This document shows positions 1 to 9,476 of a DNA stretch of 64,000 nucleotides, piece by piece. The position numbers were made by a program, and so were the translations under genes. Positions within the stretch are counted from its first letter, which is position 1. Each line of letters starts with the position of its first letter. The notes beneath the pieces were generated by a model. That model was not told the DNA's origin, did not search any database, and saw nothing but the letters and a program-made list of their open reading frames with translations. The stretch comes from Thermoplasmata archaeon (GTDB lineage Archaea > Thermoplasmatota > E2 > DHVEG-1), in assembly GCA_003942085.1 (NCBI GenBank), contig DQIQ01000001.1, positions 24,950 to 88,949 on the forward strand, in the 5' to 3' direction.

Positions 1-1094
1 AAGTGACCATAGGCAGCGGTATTCTTAAAAATCGGCCGCCTCAAATCAAGTTGCTCTATGATATCAGCGGGTTTTACAGGGAAAAATTCTCTAATGAGAG
101 CTTCGATAGCATCAAGCGAGATTTTATTTGTACCAAAACAATCGATGTTGATGGAAACGGGCTCTGCGACGCCGATTGCGTAGGCAAACTGGATTTCACA
201 TCTCTCTGCTATCCCTGAGGCGACAATGTTTTTTGCGATATATCGGGTTGCATACGCAGCACTGCGATCAACCTTGGTTGGGTCTTTTCCGGAAAAAGCG
301 CCGCCGCCATGTCTGCCAACACCTCCATAGGTATCGACAATAATCTTCCGTCCGGTCAAACCAGCGTCCGCATAAGGACCACCACGGATAAATGCACCGG
401 TTGGGTTGACATGATAAATAGTATCCTTATCGATCCAATCCTTACAGATGGGTTTAATCACTGTTTCAATCACATCCTTTCGTATCCGGTCATGAGAAAC
501 ACCGCCATCGTGCTGGGTGGATACGACAATCGTATGAGCCCGTATGGGTTTTCCTTTTTCGTCGTATTCGATTGAGACCTGTGATTTCCCGTCAGGCCGC
601 AGGTATGAAATCCTATTGGCTTTCCTCATTTCGGATAATCGTTTGGTCAGTTTATGCGCAAGAAGGATAGGCAAAGGCATGAACTCCTTGGTTTCATTAC
701 ACGCGTACCCATACATCATTCCTTGGTCACCAGCACCTTGTTCTTTATGCAGACCTTTTCCCGCGGTGACCCCTTGGGAGATATCAGGGCTCTGTTCTGT
801 GATCTGAACCCACACGGAACAGGTTTCCCATTCAATGCCATATTCAGACTTGGTGTATCCAATTCCTTTGATGGTATCGCGGACGATATGGGGGATGTCG
901 ATGTAGGCTTCAGTGGTCATTTCACCAAAGATCATGACCCCTCCGTTCTTGGTCGCAGTCTCAACGGCAACCCTTGAGTTTTTATCCTGTCTGAGTGCTT
1001 CATCAAGCACCGAATCAGATATCAGGTCACACATTTTATCTGGATGTCCTTCGGTTACAGATTCTGAACTTATGATACTCTTTCGTTTTGCCAT
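1..1094 (-). CDS. metK: S-adenosylmethionine synthetase, bacterial/eukaryotic type (3' end runs off the window; absent from the ORF track)
   Basis: Manual translation of the minus strand from ATG at 1094 gives [20 protein letters not shown]...GAGDQG...RPDGKSQV...[14 protein letters not shown]...[20 protein letters not shown], the MetK signatures. Confidence 0.96.
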   Translation of the reverse strand, partial: MAKRKSIISSESVTEGHPDKMCDLISDSVLDEALRQDKNSRVAVETATKNGGVMIFGEMTTEAYIDIPHIVRDTIKGIGYTKSEYGIEWETCSVWVQITEQSPDISQGVTAGKGLHKEQGAGDQGMMYGYACNETKEFMPLPILLAHKLTKRLSEMRKANRISYLRPDGKSQVSIEYDEKGKPIRAHTIVVSTQHDGGVSHDRIRKDVIETVIKPICKDWIDKDTIYHVNPTGAFIRGGPYADAGLTGRKIIVDTYGGVGRHGGGAFSGKDPTKVDRSAAYATRYIAKNIVASGIAERCEIQFAYAIGVAEPVSINIDCFGTNKISLDAIEALIREFFPVKPADIIEQLDLRRPIFKNTAAYGH

Positions 1095-1206
1095 ACACTC
1101 ACCCAATAAAGAAACCATTGTATATGGAATTCCACAACCAGAAGTAATTTATTAAGTTTATCACAGAAGAAATGGATGTGGAAAAAAAATAAAAAAAGAA
1201 GGATGC

Positions 1207-1614
1207 TTATCCTATTTTTCTTGTGGTAGTCCACATGTCGTCTTCGATGGACCCGTAGATATCCTCATCAGAGATATTCTTCGGCTGTTTCTTATCAACA
1301 ATGAGCGCGCTACGCTCCGAGCCAATCTCTTTGGAATATCGGGCGATCGTATCTTTTTTCAGACGCCAGTAGTGGGTACGCCATTCCCGACCATCATATA
1401 GTGTGGTTTCTTCCCGCTCGGTCGTCAGCATGCCCTCTTCTTCGAGGATATAGAATAGCTGCCGATCTTCGGGATCGAGCACGTTGTCGATGACACGGTC
1501 ATCAAACCCGAAAATATCCATGACGAACCCTGCATCACGTCGCGCTTCCTCAATGTCGATACCCACACGATGGGCTATTGCTTTTGATAAGTCATCTAGT
1601 GTGATAATTGTCAT
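1207..1614 (-). CDS. Conserved Thermoplasmata protein (DUF6015-like)
   Basis: 135 aa ORF with FGFDDRVIDNVL...FYILEEEGMLTTEREE.TLYDGREWRTHYW; RBS-like GGAAGGA upstream. Confidence 0.7.
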   Translation of the reverse strand: MTIITLDDLSKAIAHRVGIDIEEARRDAGFVMDIFGFDDRVIDNVLDPEDRQLFYILEEEGMLTTEREETTLYDGREWRTHYWRLKKDTIARYSKEIGSERSALIVDKKQPKNISDEDIYGSIEDDMWTTTRKIG

Positions 1615-1822
1615 AAAAATTTCCTTCCATTACGTTTTCATAGCCTTTTCTGATCGCTTCCTGCCTTTGATTTTCTTAAATAATTCGCCATATATCTGTA
1701 CGGACCTTATATATATAACTTTCTCCATTTGCAGGTTTTTTATTGTTTTTTAAGTCAAAAATATAAAAAAAGAGGCGTTTAAGCTAAAATAGAGGGTGCT
1801 TGATACTCTTGATGGTGTGTGA

Positions 1823-2869
1823 ATGGAGCCTTCCCTTCAGAAACGATTACTACAGAGACTACTCGATCTTGAACGAAAGGAGCTTTCGACGTTCCATGTT
1901 GTAATGCTGCCTGATTTCTTTGTCGATCATTTCGTCTCGTTTGATACGGTTGATAAGACCTGTAATTCGATCAAAACGGTTGCAGCACAAGGAGGCGGTA
2001 ACATTCCAGGGCGTGCACAGCAGATTCATCAAGGAGGAAACGCGGCAAATACCGCACTAGGCCTAGCGTGTCTCGGGATGAGTTCTCATTTAATCTGTCA
2101 AACCAACAAACTTGGTTTACACCTTCTTCAATATTTTTTAGGAAAGGACCAGGTGGACCTTTCAGGGGTCAGAACCGATGGGAAGCTTGCAATCACTACC
2201 GCCCTTGAGTTTCGTGAACAATATGCAAACATTATGCTTGGGGATCCTGGATCAGTTGCTACATTTAGCTATGATCTGCTGGATGATCATAGTCTTGAGT
2301 TGATTACATCAGCGAACCTTGTTGGAGTGACGAACTGGAATCTGAATGGCTTCGGTACCGATCTTGCTTGTAAGGTCTTTGAGATTGCAAAAAAACACAA
2401 GGTACGGACATTCTTTGATTCAGGTGATCCCTCCCCCAGAGTCCAGGACATTCCTGATTTAATGGAAAAGGTCCTGATGAATTCTCAGATGGATATCTTC
2501 GGGCTTAATGAAAACGAACTGAATTATTACAGTATGCGTACAAACAAAACACAAGTGGAGATGATCGCCGCAGCAGAATCTTTAAAAAAGAAGATTCCGG
2601 CACGTATTGATTTTCATACCGCTCTGTTTTCTTGTTCGGTACACAATACATCTACCGTTGTTCCGACCGCCCCCCTCCAAACAATATATCGAGTCACCGG
2701 TGCGGGAGATTCGTGGAACGCAGCAAATATATTTGCAGACCTTTTGGGGTTTGCAGATGACGAACGATTGTTGTTTGCGAACATATGTGCCGGGCATTAT
2801 ATTTCTTCACCCGACATTGTCCCATCGACGATTGACACAGTCATTAATTTTATTAAAATGAATCTATAA
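1823..2869 (+). CDS. PfkB/ribokinase-family carbohydrate kinase
   Basis: GGNAANTA N-terminal motif, NENE, C-terminal TGAGDSWNA anion-hole motif. Confidence 0.85.
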   Translation: MEPSLQKRLLQRLLDLERKELSTFHVVMLPDFFVDHFVSFDTVDKTCNSIKTVAAQGGGNIPGRAQQIHQGGNAANTALGLACLGMSSHLICQTNKLGLHLLQYFLGKDQVDLSGVRTDGKLAITTALEFREQYANIMLGDPGSVATFSYDLLDDHSLELITSANLVGVTNWNLNGFGTDLACKVFEIAKKHKVRTFFDSGDPSPRVQDIPDLMEKVLMNSQMDIFGLNENELNYYSMRTNKTQVEMIAAAESLKKKIPARIDFHTALFSCSVHNTSTVVPTAPLQTIYRVTGAGDSWNAANIFADLLGFADDERLLFANICAGHYISSPDIVPSTIDTVINFIKMNL

Positions 2870-2984
2870 ATTAACAATTTTATGTAATACTCTCCCTAAA
2901 AATATTAGAATTTTATCGGAAGGTTTTTATACAATATATATTAATTCTATAAAAAAATTTATATACTATCTCTCCTTACCAAAT

Positions 2985-3050
2985 GCAGAATGGGGGAGGC
3001 AAAAATTTTTTTAATCTCTCCTCACCACCTTCAAACTTCCCCATTCTCTC
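2985..3050 (+). ncRNA. Candidate small RNA hairpin with anti-SD loop (alternatively a terminator hairpin)
   Basis: A-rich BRE plus TTTATATA at 2958-2965; stem AGAATGGGGGA (2987-2997) pairs with TTCCCCATTCT (3037-3047); loop contains CTCCTCACCACCT. Confidence 0.4.
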
Positions 3051-3058
3051 CTTATTCA

Positions 3059-4315
3059 CTAGGAAAACAAAATCCGTTCTACTTTTTTTGCAACGGCTTT
3101 TCGATATTTTTCATCAGTAATAAGCATAAAAGCCCAGTCCGGAGATATGCGTGAACGAATTGCTTTGGCTATCGGAGTAAACTCATCTAATGTTTTCAAT
3201 TCATCTCGGTCGATGACCTGGATATCGGTGTTGTTAATCCGAGGCTCTGCCCTCAACAATTCAGGTCGGGGGATATCAATAATGATATGACCCTTGGGGA
3301 TACGGAACGCCTCTTCCAACTCACGTTCTTTTTGGCGTCGCACTGAGACATCTTCAAGCCGCTTGACGACCTTGATTCCATCCTTATCTAAATCAAGGGG
3401 TGAGACCGCGAATGCCTGTTTGAAGAGTTCACGATATTTCAGACGTGTGACGATCTCCTGCTGAAACCGCCCCATGCCCTTCAGCGATATCATAATCTCA
3501 GCATCGGTCATCCGGAAAAACTCAAACGGCTCGGCATCTGGTATTTCTTCAAGAGCTTTGGACAACATAAGTTCCGGGATACGCACCGTCTTATGAAAAT
3601 ACACCGATGAATACATCAAAGCACGTGCCATGAGAATGTTTTCAACGACATTCACCCCTTTGCGCATCATCGTCAAATTCCCCTTATATATCATCATTGT
3701 TCTCAAGAGACGCTGAAGGTCAATCATCCCGTACGCGACACCGGTATAGTAGGCATCACGCATGAGGTAATCTAACTGATCGACATCGATGGTACTGTTC
3801 AAGAGCTGACTGAGATATGATTTCTTTGATAGTTTCCCCCGGATGATGTTGACAATTTCTTTTTCATTTACCTGATGCTTATTGAGGATTTCATGAACGG
3901 AGGGTGCGGAAATGAACGGTCTTTCTGTCGCATCCAAAACATCATAGGTCCCAAAAATCAGTTTCTCGGTAAGATCCACATGATCAACGCCAAATCGCTG
4001 CAACAGAATCGACTCCAAGGTATGCGAGAACGGACCGTGACCAATATCGTGCAATTGTGCAGCACAGGTCAGCAATTTTTTTTCCGTTTCTTTCAAACCA
4101 AGGATATCCGCAATCTGAGACGCTATCATGGAGCTGCCTAAAGAGTGCTCAAAACGAGTATGATGCGCACCAGGGAATACAAGGTGGGCAAACCCGAGTT
4201 GTTTGATGTTATGGAGGCGTTGCACCTCAGGAGTCTCTAGTAAATCAACCAGACATCCAGTGATTTTAATATCACCATGAATCGGGTCTCTGACGATTTT
4301 ATGATCTTCAACCAT
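3059..4315 (-). CDS. HD-domain phosphohydrolase (SAMHD1/dNTP triphosphohydrolase-like)
   Basis: RDPIHG, QRL..IKQLG, HTRFEHSLG, LHDIGHGPFSH, DVDQLDYL motifs; likely start MVEDHK at 4315. Confidence 0.9.
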   Translation of the reverse strand: MVEDHKIVRDPIHGDIKITGCLVDLLETPEVQRLHNIKQLGFAHLVFPGAHHTRFEHSLGSSMIASQIADILGLKETEKKLLTCAAQLHDIGHGPFSHTLESILLQRFGVDHVDLTEKLIFGTYDVLDATERPFISAPSVHEILNKHQVNEKEIVNIIRGKLSKKSYLSQLLNSTIDVDQLDYLMRDAYYTGVAYGMIDLQRLLRTMMIYKGNLTMMRKGVNVVENILMARALMYSSVYFHKTVRIPELMLSKALEEIPDAEPFEFFRMTDAEIMISLKGMGRFQQEIVTRLKYRELFKQAFAVSPLDLDKDGIKVVKRLEDVSVRRQKERELEEAFRIPKGHIIIDIPRPELLRAEPRINNTDIQVIDRDELKTLDEFTPIAKAIRSRISPDWAFMLITDEKYRKAVAKKVERILFS

Positions 4316-4459
4316 GTGTTTTCTAGAGCAGAAAAAGAAAAAGAGTTGATATAGTTTTGTCACTCAGATCAAGCATCCAAGATAAACTATAAAACAAACA
4401 AAATCATTAAGCATCTCAATAATAGTAGGAAAATAAACAATCACTTGTGAGGTGTCCTT

Positions 4460-4720
4460 ATTACAAAACCAATCCTGTTTTCCTTGGAGCAATGCATCAA
4501 ATGCCAAGAAACAAAAGAATTGCTCGCCGGGAGAGAAGATGTCGATATCGTTACCTTCCCTCATGACCTGAATCAGTGGCGCGAGGAGGATTTTAATTTA
4601 GCAAAATCCCATGACGTATTTGAAGACCTCCAGAGAACCGCACCAATCCTCTGGCTTGACGGAGAAAAAAAAATCGGATATCTGAGAATACGAAAGTGGC
4701 TCCAAGACACCTTTAAATAA
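4460..4720 (+). CDS. Glutaredoxin-like protein (CIKC), probable non-canonical ATT start
   Basis: ITKPILFSLEQCIKCQE...RTAPIL (CxxC plus cis-Pro loop); GAGGTG 5 nt before ATT at 4460; in-frame TGA just upstream. Confidence 0.7.
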   Translation: MTKPILFSLEQCIKCQETKELLAGREDVDIVTFPHDLNQWREEDFNLAKSHDVFEDLQRTAPILWLDGEKKIGYLRIRKWLQDTFK

Positions 4721-4782
4721 ACCGCTTTTTACCCCTTTTTTATCCAAATATTAATTAGGGAGATATTGCTATTCGAAAACAA

Positions 4783-5193
4783 ATGGATACTCTTGAAACG
4801 TTAAAAATGAAAAAACTTGAGCAACTAAAGAAGCAGTATATGAAAGGAGGGAAAACCATGGAAAAAAAAATACCAGACACCCCAATCCATCTTCTTGATG
4901 CCGATATCGATGAAACAATAAAAAAATTTCCAACGATTGTGATCGACTGTTGGGCTCCCTGGTGCGGCCCCTGCCGTATGATCGGGCCAATCATTGAAGA
5001 ACTTGCAAAAGAGATGAAGGGAAAAATCATCTTTGGAAAGTTAAACGTTGATGAAAACCCTCTCACTTCGATGAAGTATAAAATCATGAGTATTCCGACC
5101 ATGCTCGTGTTTAAAAACGGATCTTTAGTTGATCGTTTCGTTGGCGCAATGCCCAAAGAAATGCTCATGCAGAAATTAAAACCGTTTCTATAG
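4783..5193 (+). CDS. trxA: Thioredoxin
   Basis: WAPWCGPC active site, SIPT cis-Pro loop. Confidence 0.95.
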   Translation: MDTLETLKMKKLEQLKKQYMKGGKTMEKKIPDTPIHLLDADIDETIKKFPTIVIDCWAPWCGPCRMIGPIIEELAKEMKGKIIFGKLNVDENPLTSMKYKIMSIPTMLVFKNGSLVDRFVGAMPKEMLMQKLKPFL

Positions 5194-5204
5194 CGATTTG
5201 TCCG

Positions 5205-5750
5205 GTGATGACGATTTCAGCAATAAAAAAGCTATCTGTTACCTTCCTTGTTTTTCTTTTTGTTTTTCTCAGCATTTTTACTGGTTGTACAGAAAAAAAA
5301 GGTAATGCTGGTGAGGATTTTTCGTTTACAACCTTGGACGGTAAGATGAAACATCTAAATGATTTTTATGGGAGAATTATTGTCCTTGATTGCATGGCAG
5401 TGAACTGCCAACCCTGTATGTTTCAAATGTTCGAGCTAAAAAAAGTATCAGAAAACTATTCAACAAATAATGTCACAATCCTTTCGATAGATGTCTGGGT
5501 ATCAAGTGGAGAAACCGCATCCATGCTTCAAGACACTATCGATGCTTTCAAAAACCAGGTTAACATGACGTTAGACTGGACGTTTGGACTGGATGATCCG
5601 CAAGGAACCATTCAAAACACTTACGCTTCAGCGGGAGTACCTACTCTCTATATCTTTGATAAAAAGGGAAATATTTATTACTCCCACGTGGGTTATGAAG
5701 ATTATTCAGCGCTTGCATCTCAGCTTGATCAGATGCTGAGCAAAGTATAA
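5205..5750 (+). CDS. TlpA/ResA-like exported redoxin (lipoprotein-like)
   Basis: Hydrophobic N-terminus ending FTGC (lipobox-like), DFSFTTLDG, CQPC, GVPTLYIFDKKG. Confidence 0.8.
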   Translation: MMTISAIKKLSVTFLVFLFVFLSIFTGCTEKKGNAGEDFSFTTLDGKMKHLNDFYGRIIVLDCMAVNCQPCMFQMFELKKVSENYSTNNVTILSIDVWVSSGETASMLQDTIDAFKNQVNMTLDWTFGLDDPQGTIQNTYASAGVPTLYIFDKKGNIYYSHVGYEDYSALASQLDQMLSKV

Positions 5751-5768
5751 ATAGGACATTAGGGAGAT

Positions 5769-6278
5769 ATGAAGACTATGACAAACAACAGAAGAATATC
5801 GATAATATTTCTCACGACAATTATTTTAGGAACATGCATTGCATCGGTCACTGCGACAGACCCGACGATTGGATCGGTCACGATTACCCCAAATGAACCA
5901 GCACCTCAATCATCTGTTAACTTTTCAGTAAACATCGTAGGGGACGGGATCTCAGCGGTATATCTGCATTATAAAGAGTGCAATGTTCAAATTTGCAAGG
6001 TTTTTAATAACATCTCGATGACAAAATTGTCGGGTAACACCTATGAAAAAAAGATAAAACTCACGTGGGATGAGGCTACCTACATTACGTATAATTTCGA
6101 GATCAATAGCAATGGTGTGTGGACGAAAACCGAGTATGTGAATGTCTCACTCAAACCAGTGACAAACGATGATGGAAACAACACAAATAATAATAAACAA
6201 CCAGGTTTTGAAATTCTTTTCTTCGTCGCAGCAGTTGGTGTTAGCGTCATCATATTAGGAAGAAAGAGATCCCGATGA
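5769..6278 (+). CDS. Secreted PGF-CTERM surface protein
   Basis: Signal peptide; C-terminal QPGFE followed by a TM helix and basic tail RKRSR (archaeosortase A-type signal). Confidence 0.8.
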   Translation: MKTMTNNRRISIIFLTTIILGTCIASVTATDPTIGSVTITPNEPAPQSSVNFSVNIVGDGISAVYLHYKECNVQICKVFNNISMTKLSGNTYEKKIKLTWDEATYITYNFEINSNGVWTKTEYVNVSLKPVTNDDGNNTNNNKQPGFEILFFVAAVGVSVIILGRKRSR

Positions 6279-7084
6279 AGTTTCAGCTGAAACGTCTATA
6301 CTTTCAGATTATTCTCTTTTTTACAGCAAATCTGGGCGCTGTCGGTCTAAAGACCGGGTTTTGCTACCCGTTCTTCTACTGTCAAGCCTGTCCTGCTGCC
6401 ACTTCCGCATGCCCCATACGAGCATTGGAAAACAGTGTCTACAAACAGAGCTTCGAGTGGAGATTTTTACTCTATCCGCTCCTTATCATCGGATTTTTTG
6501 GAATTACGACAGGGCGAGCTATCTGCGGCTGGGCATGCCCGATCGGAGTATTGCAACGAGGAACAGGCCGTGTTGCACGAAAAGTAAAAAGACATCCTAT
6601 CGCGCAGAGACTCGGAGCACATAGTGTGGAGAAATATCTCCGGTACACAAAGTATTTTATGTTGATTGTATTTGTTTTCTTGACCTCGCTGCTCATTGGA
6701 TTTATCTTCACCGACATCTGTCCGGTCGGGATGCTAGTGGGAACTTTCCCGATTTTGATTCTGAACCCGGGGAAGTTTGTGCCAAATTATTTTTTCCCAG
6801 TAGCCCTTGTTATTTTCGTTCTATTTATCACACTTATCTTCATTATTGAACGCGGATGGTGCCGATATTTCTGCCCGGTTGGTGCAATGCTTGGTCCGTT
6901 CAATAAAATAAGCATGCTCCACATTGAGGTTCATACCAAAGAATGTCTTCATTGTAACGTTTGTTCAGATATCTGTCCTATGGGGATTGATGTCCCAAAC
7001 ATGCATCGAGACCCCGAATGTATCCTCTGTGGAAAATGCGTCTCATCATGTCCAACGAAACAGATAACCTTTGAGAAGGTGTAA
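6275..7084 (+). CDS. NapH/MauN-like membrane polyferredoxin (4Fe-4S binding protein)
   Basis: TM segments; GRAICGWACPIG, ICPVG and WCRYFCPVG motifs; two CxxCxxCxxxCP clusters at the C-terminus. Confidence 0.88.
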   Translation: MKFQLKRLYFQIILFFTANLGAVGLKTGFCYPFFYCQACPAATSACPIRALENSVYKQSFEWRFLLYPLLIIGFFGITTGRAICGWACPIGVLQRGTGRVARKVKRHPIAQRLGAHSVEKYLRYTKYFMLIVFVFLTSLLIGFIFTDICPVGMLVGTFPILILNPGKFVPNYFFPVALVIFVLFITLIFIIERGWCRYFCPVGAMLGPFNKISMLHIEVHTKECLHCNVCSDICPMGIDVPNMHRDPECILCGKCVSSCPTKQITFEKV

Positions 7085-7085
7085 C

Positions 7086-7718
7086 ATGAAAAGGAGTTTT
7101 GTCCTTCAAATCGCTGCAGTCATTGTCGTCTCTGGTGCATTTGTTGGAATCCTTACTACGGCAGATGTCTACGAAGATGTCAAGGCACGTATCGTAGAAG
7201 TCCTCTGTCTGAGTTGTATCAAACTTGAGCCGAAAACAATCCAAGAATTTACTTTCAAAACAGTTGATGACGCTCCACATCCTTATTTCGTCACAGAGAA
7301 TTTAACCAAAGGCCCTGTTTTTTTACATTATAGTGAAGACGTCTGTGCCGGCTGCGAGGTCATGTTTCCCATTGTCAAACAATTGTTCAACATCGAATTT
7401 GGGAAACAAGATATGTTTTCAAAGACCGTGACTTTTGACCATGGGAATATTACGTATATTTACGTCAATCTCGACCATACCATCGATATATTAGAAAACT
7501 CATTCCCGATGTACGACAAAGACGATATCGGAGGGTTACCGATGTTCACCATCATCACCTTGGGATATGACCATGGGACCGTCAGACCGTATTTTACGAC
7601 GCTTTATGGGACGTTGAATGTTCCGACAGACGCTGAAAGATCGTCCCTTCTGCGGGAAGTTTTAACAGAAAGTATTGAGATGTATCAACAGAATAAAGCA
7701 GGGTATCAGCCAACCTAA
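7086..7718 (+). CDS. Membrane-anchored thioredoxin-fold protein with two CxxC motifs (CLSC, CAGC)
   Basis: N-terminal TM, VLCLSCIKL, DVCAGCEVM, GLPMF cis-Pro-like loop. Confidence 0.65.
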   Translation: MKRSFVLQIAAVIVVSGAFVGILTTADVYEDVKARIVEVLCLSCIKLEPKTIQEFTFKTVDDAPHPYFVTENLTKGPVFLHYSEDVCAGCEVMFPIVKQLFNIEFGKQDMFSKTVTFDHGNITYIYVNLDHTIDILENSFPMYDKDDIGGLPMFTIITLGYDHGTVRPYFTTLYGTLNVPTDAERSSLLREVLTESIEMYQQNKAGYQPT

Positions 7719-7760
7719 GTAAAAAAAAATGAAAAAAGAACGAAGGAACAGATATTTTCC

Positions 7761-7925
7761 TTAGATCTCGCCGTTTTTTATCTTTGTGCGGAGGATCTCG
7801 AATTGTGCCCGTGTTAATGTGCACACGTTCTTTTTTTCGCCAATGATCACCTTATCACTCCGGACATCCACGACTGGACATTTCGGAGGGACACAAACTC
7901 CATCATTGCATAATACAACTTTCAT
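7761..7925 (-). CDS. Small Cys-containing protein, 54 aa (not in ORF track)
   Basis: MKVVLCNDGVCVPPKCPVVDVRSDKVIIGEKKNVCTLTRAQFEILRTKIKNGEI; AGAGGGGA RBS upstream; TTTAAATA TATA further upstream; T-rich tract downstream. Confidence 0.7.
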   Translation of the reverse strand: MKVVLCNDGVCVPPKCPVVDVRSDKVIIGEKKNVCTLTRAQFEILRTKIKNGEI

Positions 7926-8017
7926 ATTATCCCTCTAATTATCAATTGTTAACTGTCTATTAGGCCATGAATATTTAAATACTTTTCTAAAAATTTGGGA
8001 AAAAACCGGTCATTTTC

Positions 8018-9403
8018 CTAAATGTAACGGGCAATAGTGTAGTTTTTCTTATCTATCATGGAGACAATGCGAGGACCCTGCGACGTATCAACAGAATCAA
8101 CTTCTTTTACAGTCACGGTCACAGCAGACCCTGTTTTTTCTTCAAATCCTTTCTTTATGAACTGAAAAATCTCTTCAACAGAAGGCCCGATGGGTCGAAG
8201 CGCTTCATCGATTACGACCTGGATTTCAAGGGTCGTCAGATCATGTTGGATGATCTTTGTGTTCTTGACCTTGTTTGTTTTTAGCTGATAGAGGATTTTA
8301 CTGTAGATTTCTGAAAATGATGAAGGAAGCAGCACGTTTCCCCCGGGAAGATAGAGCGCCAGGTCATTTCGTCCGTACACCTTCTTGATGAGTGCACCAG
8401 TCTTGCCGCACGAACAATGCCCATCAAGGGGAGCGACAATATCGTTGATCGCAGAATAGCGAATGATCGGCGTCCCATGGCTATGGAACTTTGTGATGAC
8501 CATCTCCCCTGCTTCACCAGAGGCTACCGGTTGTCCCTTTCTCAGGAACTCGGCATAGACAAGATCAGACATGAGATGATAACTGCCTTTTTTACATTGA
8601 AAACCAATGAGACCGGATTCGGTCGCCCCATAAACCTCAAAGACCTTCGCATGAAATGTCTTTTCTATAAATAATTTCAGATACGGATCAAGGACTGAGC
8701 CGGTCGCAGCGATATATCGTGGTGAAATATTATCCCCAAATCCGGACTCTTTTTGTAAAGCAAGATGACCAAGCATCCCGACGTACCCACCGATGAACGC
8801 AGGTTGAAACTCATTGATCGCGGATACGATTTTTTTTGGATCATCGTTGGTGTTCAACCATTGAATGTTTCGAAAAATCCCCGATATATTAAAACGAGGC
8901 TGCAGCCCTCTGGTGACATAGCCACTTTCGGCAGTATGCGGCGCGAAATCCCCGATTATCGTAATCCGGTCCTTCCACACGCTCATATCGTATTCATGCA
9001 ACGTCCGTATATACGCAAAAAGACCCATGACGATATCCAACATATCGACATAAATCGGAAGAACCTTACCAGTGGTTCCTGATGTTGAAACCTCGATAAG
9101 AGAACTCTTTTTTATCTTTGACGAAACAATACCATTTGGATAGTGTCGTTTGAAGTCATCTTTTGTGATACAGGGGAGTTTCTGAAGATCATCAATGCCA
9201 GCAATGTCAGATATATGAACCCCTGCTTGCTTGTATTTCTCGTGATACAGGGGCACAGTATCAGCAAATCGAACAAGCCGTCGGAGTTGTTTATCTTGAT
9301 ATCGTCGCAGAGATTCCCCACTTATTCTATCCAACCGGTCAACATCAATCAAATACCGTTTCAGAATTTTACCAAGGAACAAAGGGTTATAGAATTGATT
9401 CAT
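8018..9403 (-). CDS. Phenylacetate-CoA ligase/CapK/F390-synthetase-like adenylating enzyme
   Basis: STSGTTG P-loop, YGATE, PIIRY...D, GR..D motifs; likely start MNQFY at 9403. Confidence 0.85.
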   Translation of the reverse strand: MNQFYNPLFLGKILKRYLIDVDRLDRISGESLRRYQDKQLRRLVRFADTVPLYHEKYKQAGVHISDIAGIDDLQKLPCITKDDFKRHYPNGIVSSKIKKSSLIEVSTSGTTGKVLPIYVDMLDIVMGLFAYIRTLHEYDMSVWKDRITIIGDFAPHTAESGYVTRGLQPRFNISGIFRNIQWLNTNDDPKKIVSAINEFQPAFIGGYVGMLGHLALQKESGFGDNISPRYIAATGSVLDPYLKLFIEKTFHAKVFEVYGATESGLIGFQCKKGSYHLMSDLVYAEFLRKGQPVASGEAGEMVITKFHSHGTPIIRYSAINDIVAPLDGHCSCGKTGALIKKVYGRNDLALYLPGGNVLLPSSFSEIYSKILYQLKTNKVKNTKIIQHDLTTLEIQVVIDEALRPIGPSVEEIFQFIKKGFEEKTGSAVTVTVKEVDSVDTSQGPRIVSMIDKKNYTIARYI

Positions 9404-9476
9404 AGAGCATCCAAAGTAGAGAGGAAATAGGTACAATTCCTTAAATAGCTGTCTCTTAATTCTCCACAGAGAAGCA

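Noticed and set aside
3-1155. Five short plus-strand ORFs in the track
   Set aside because: Antisense shadows of the minus-strand metK gene
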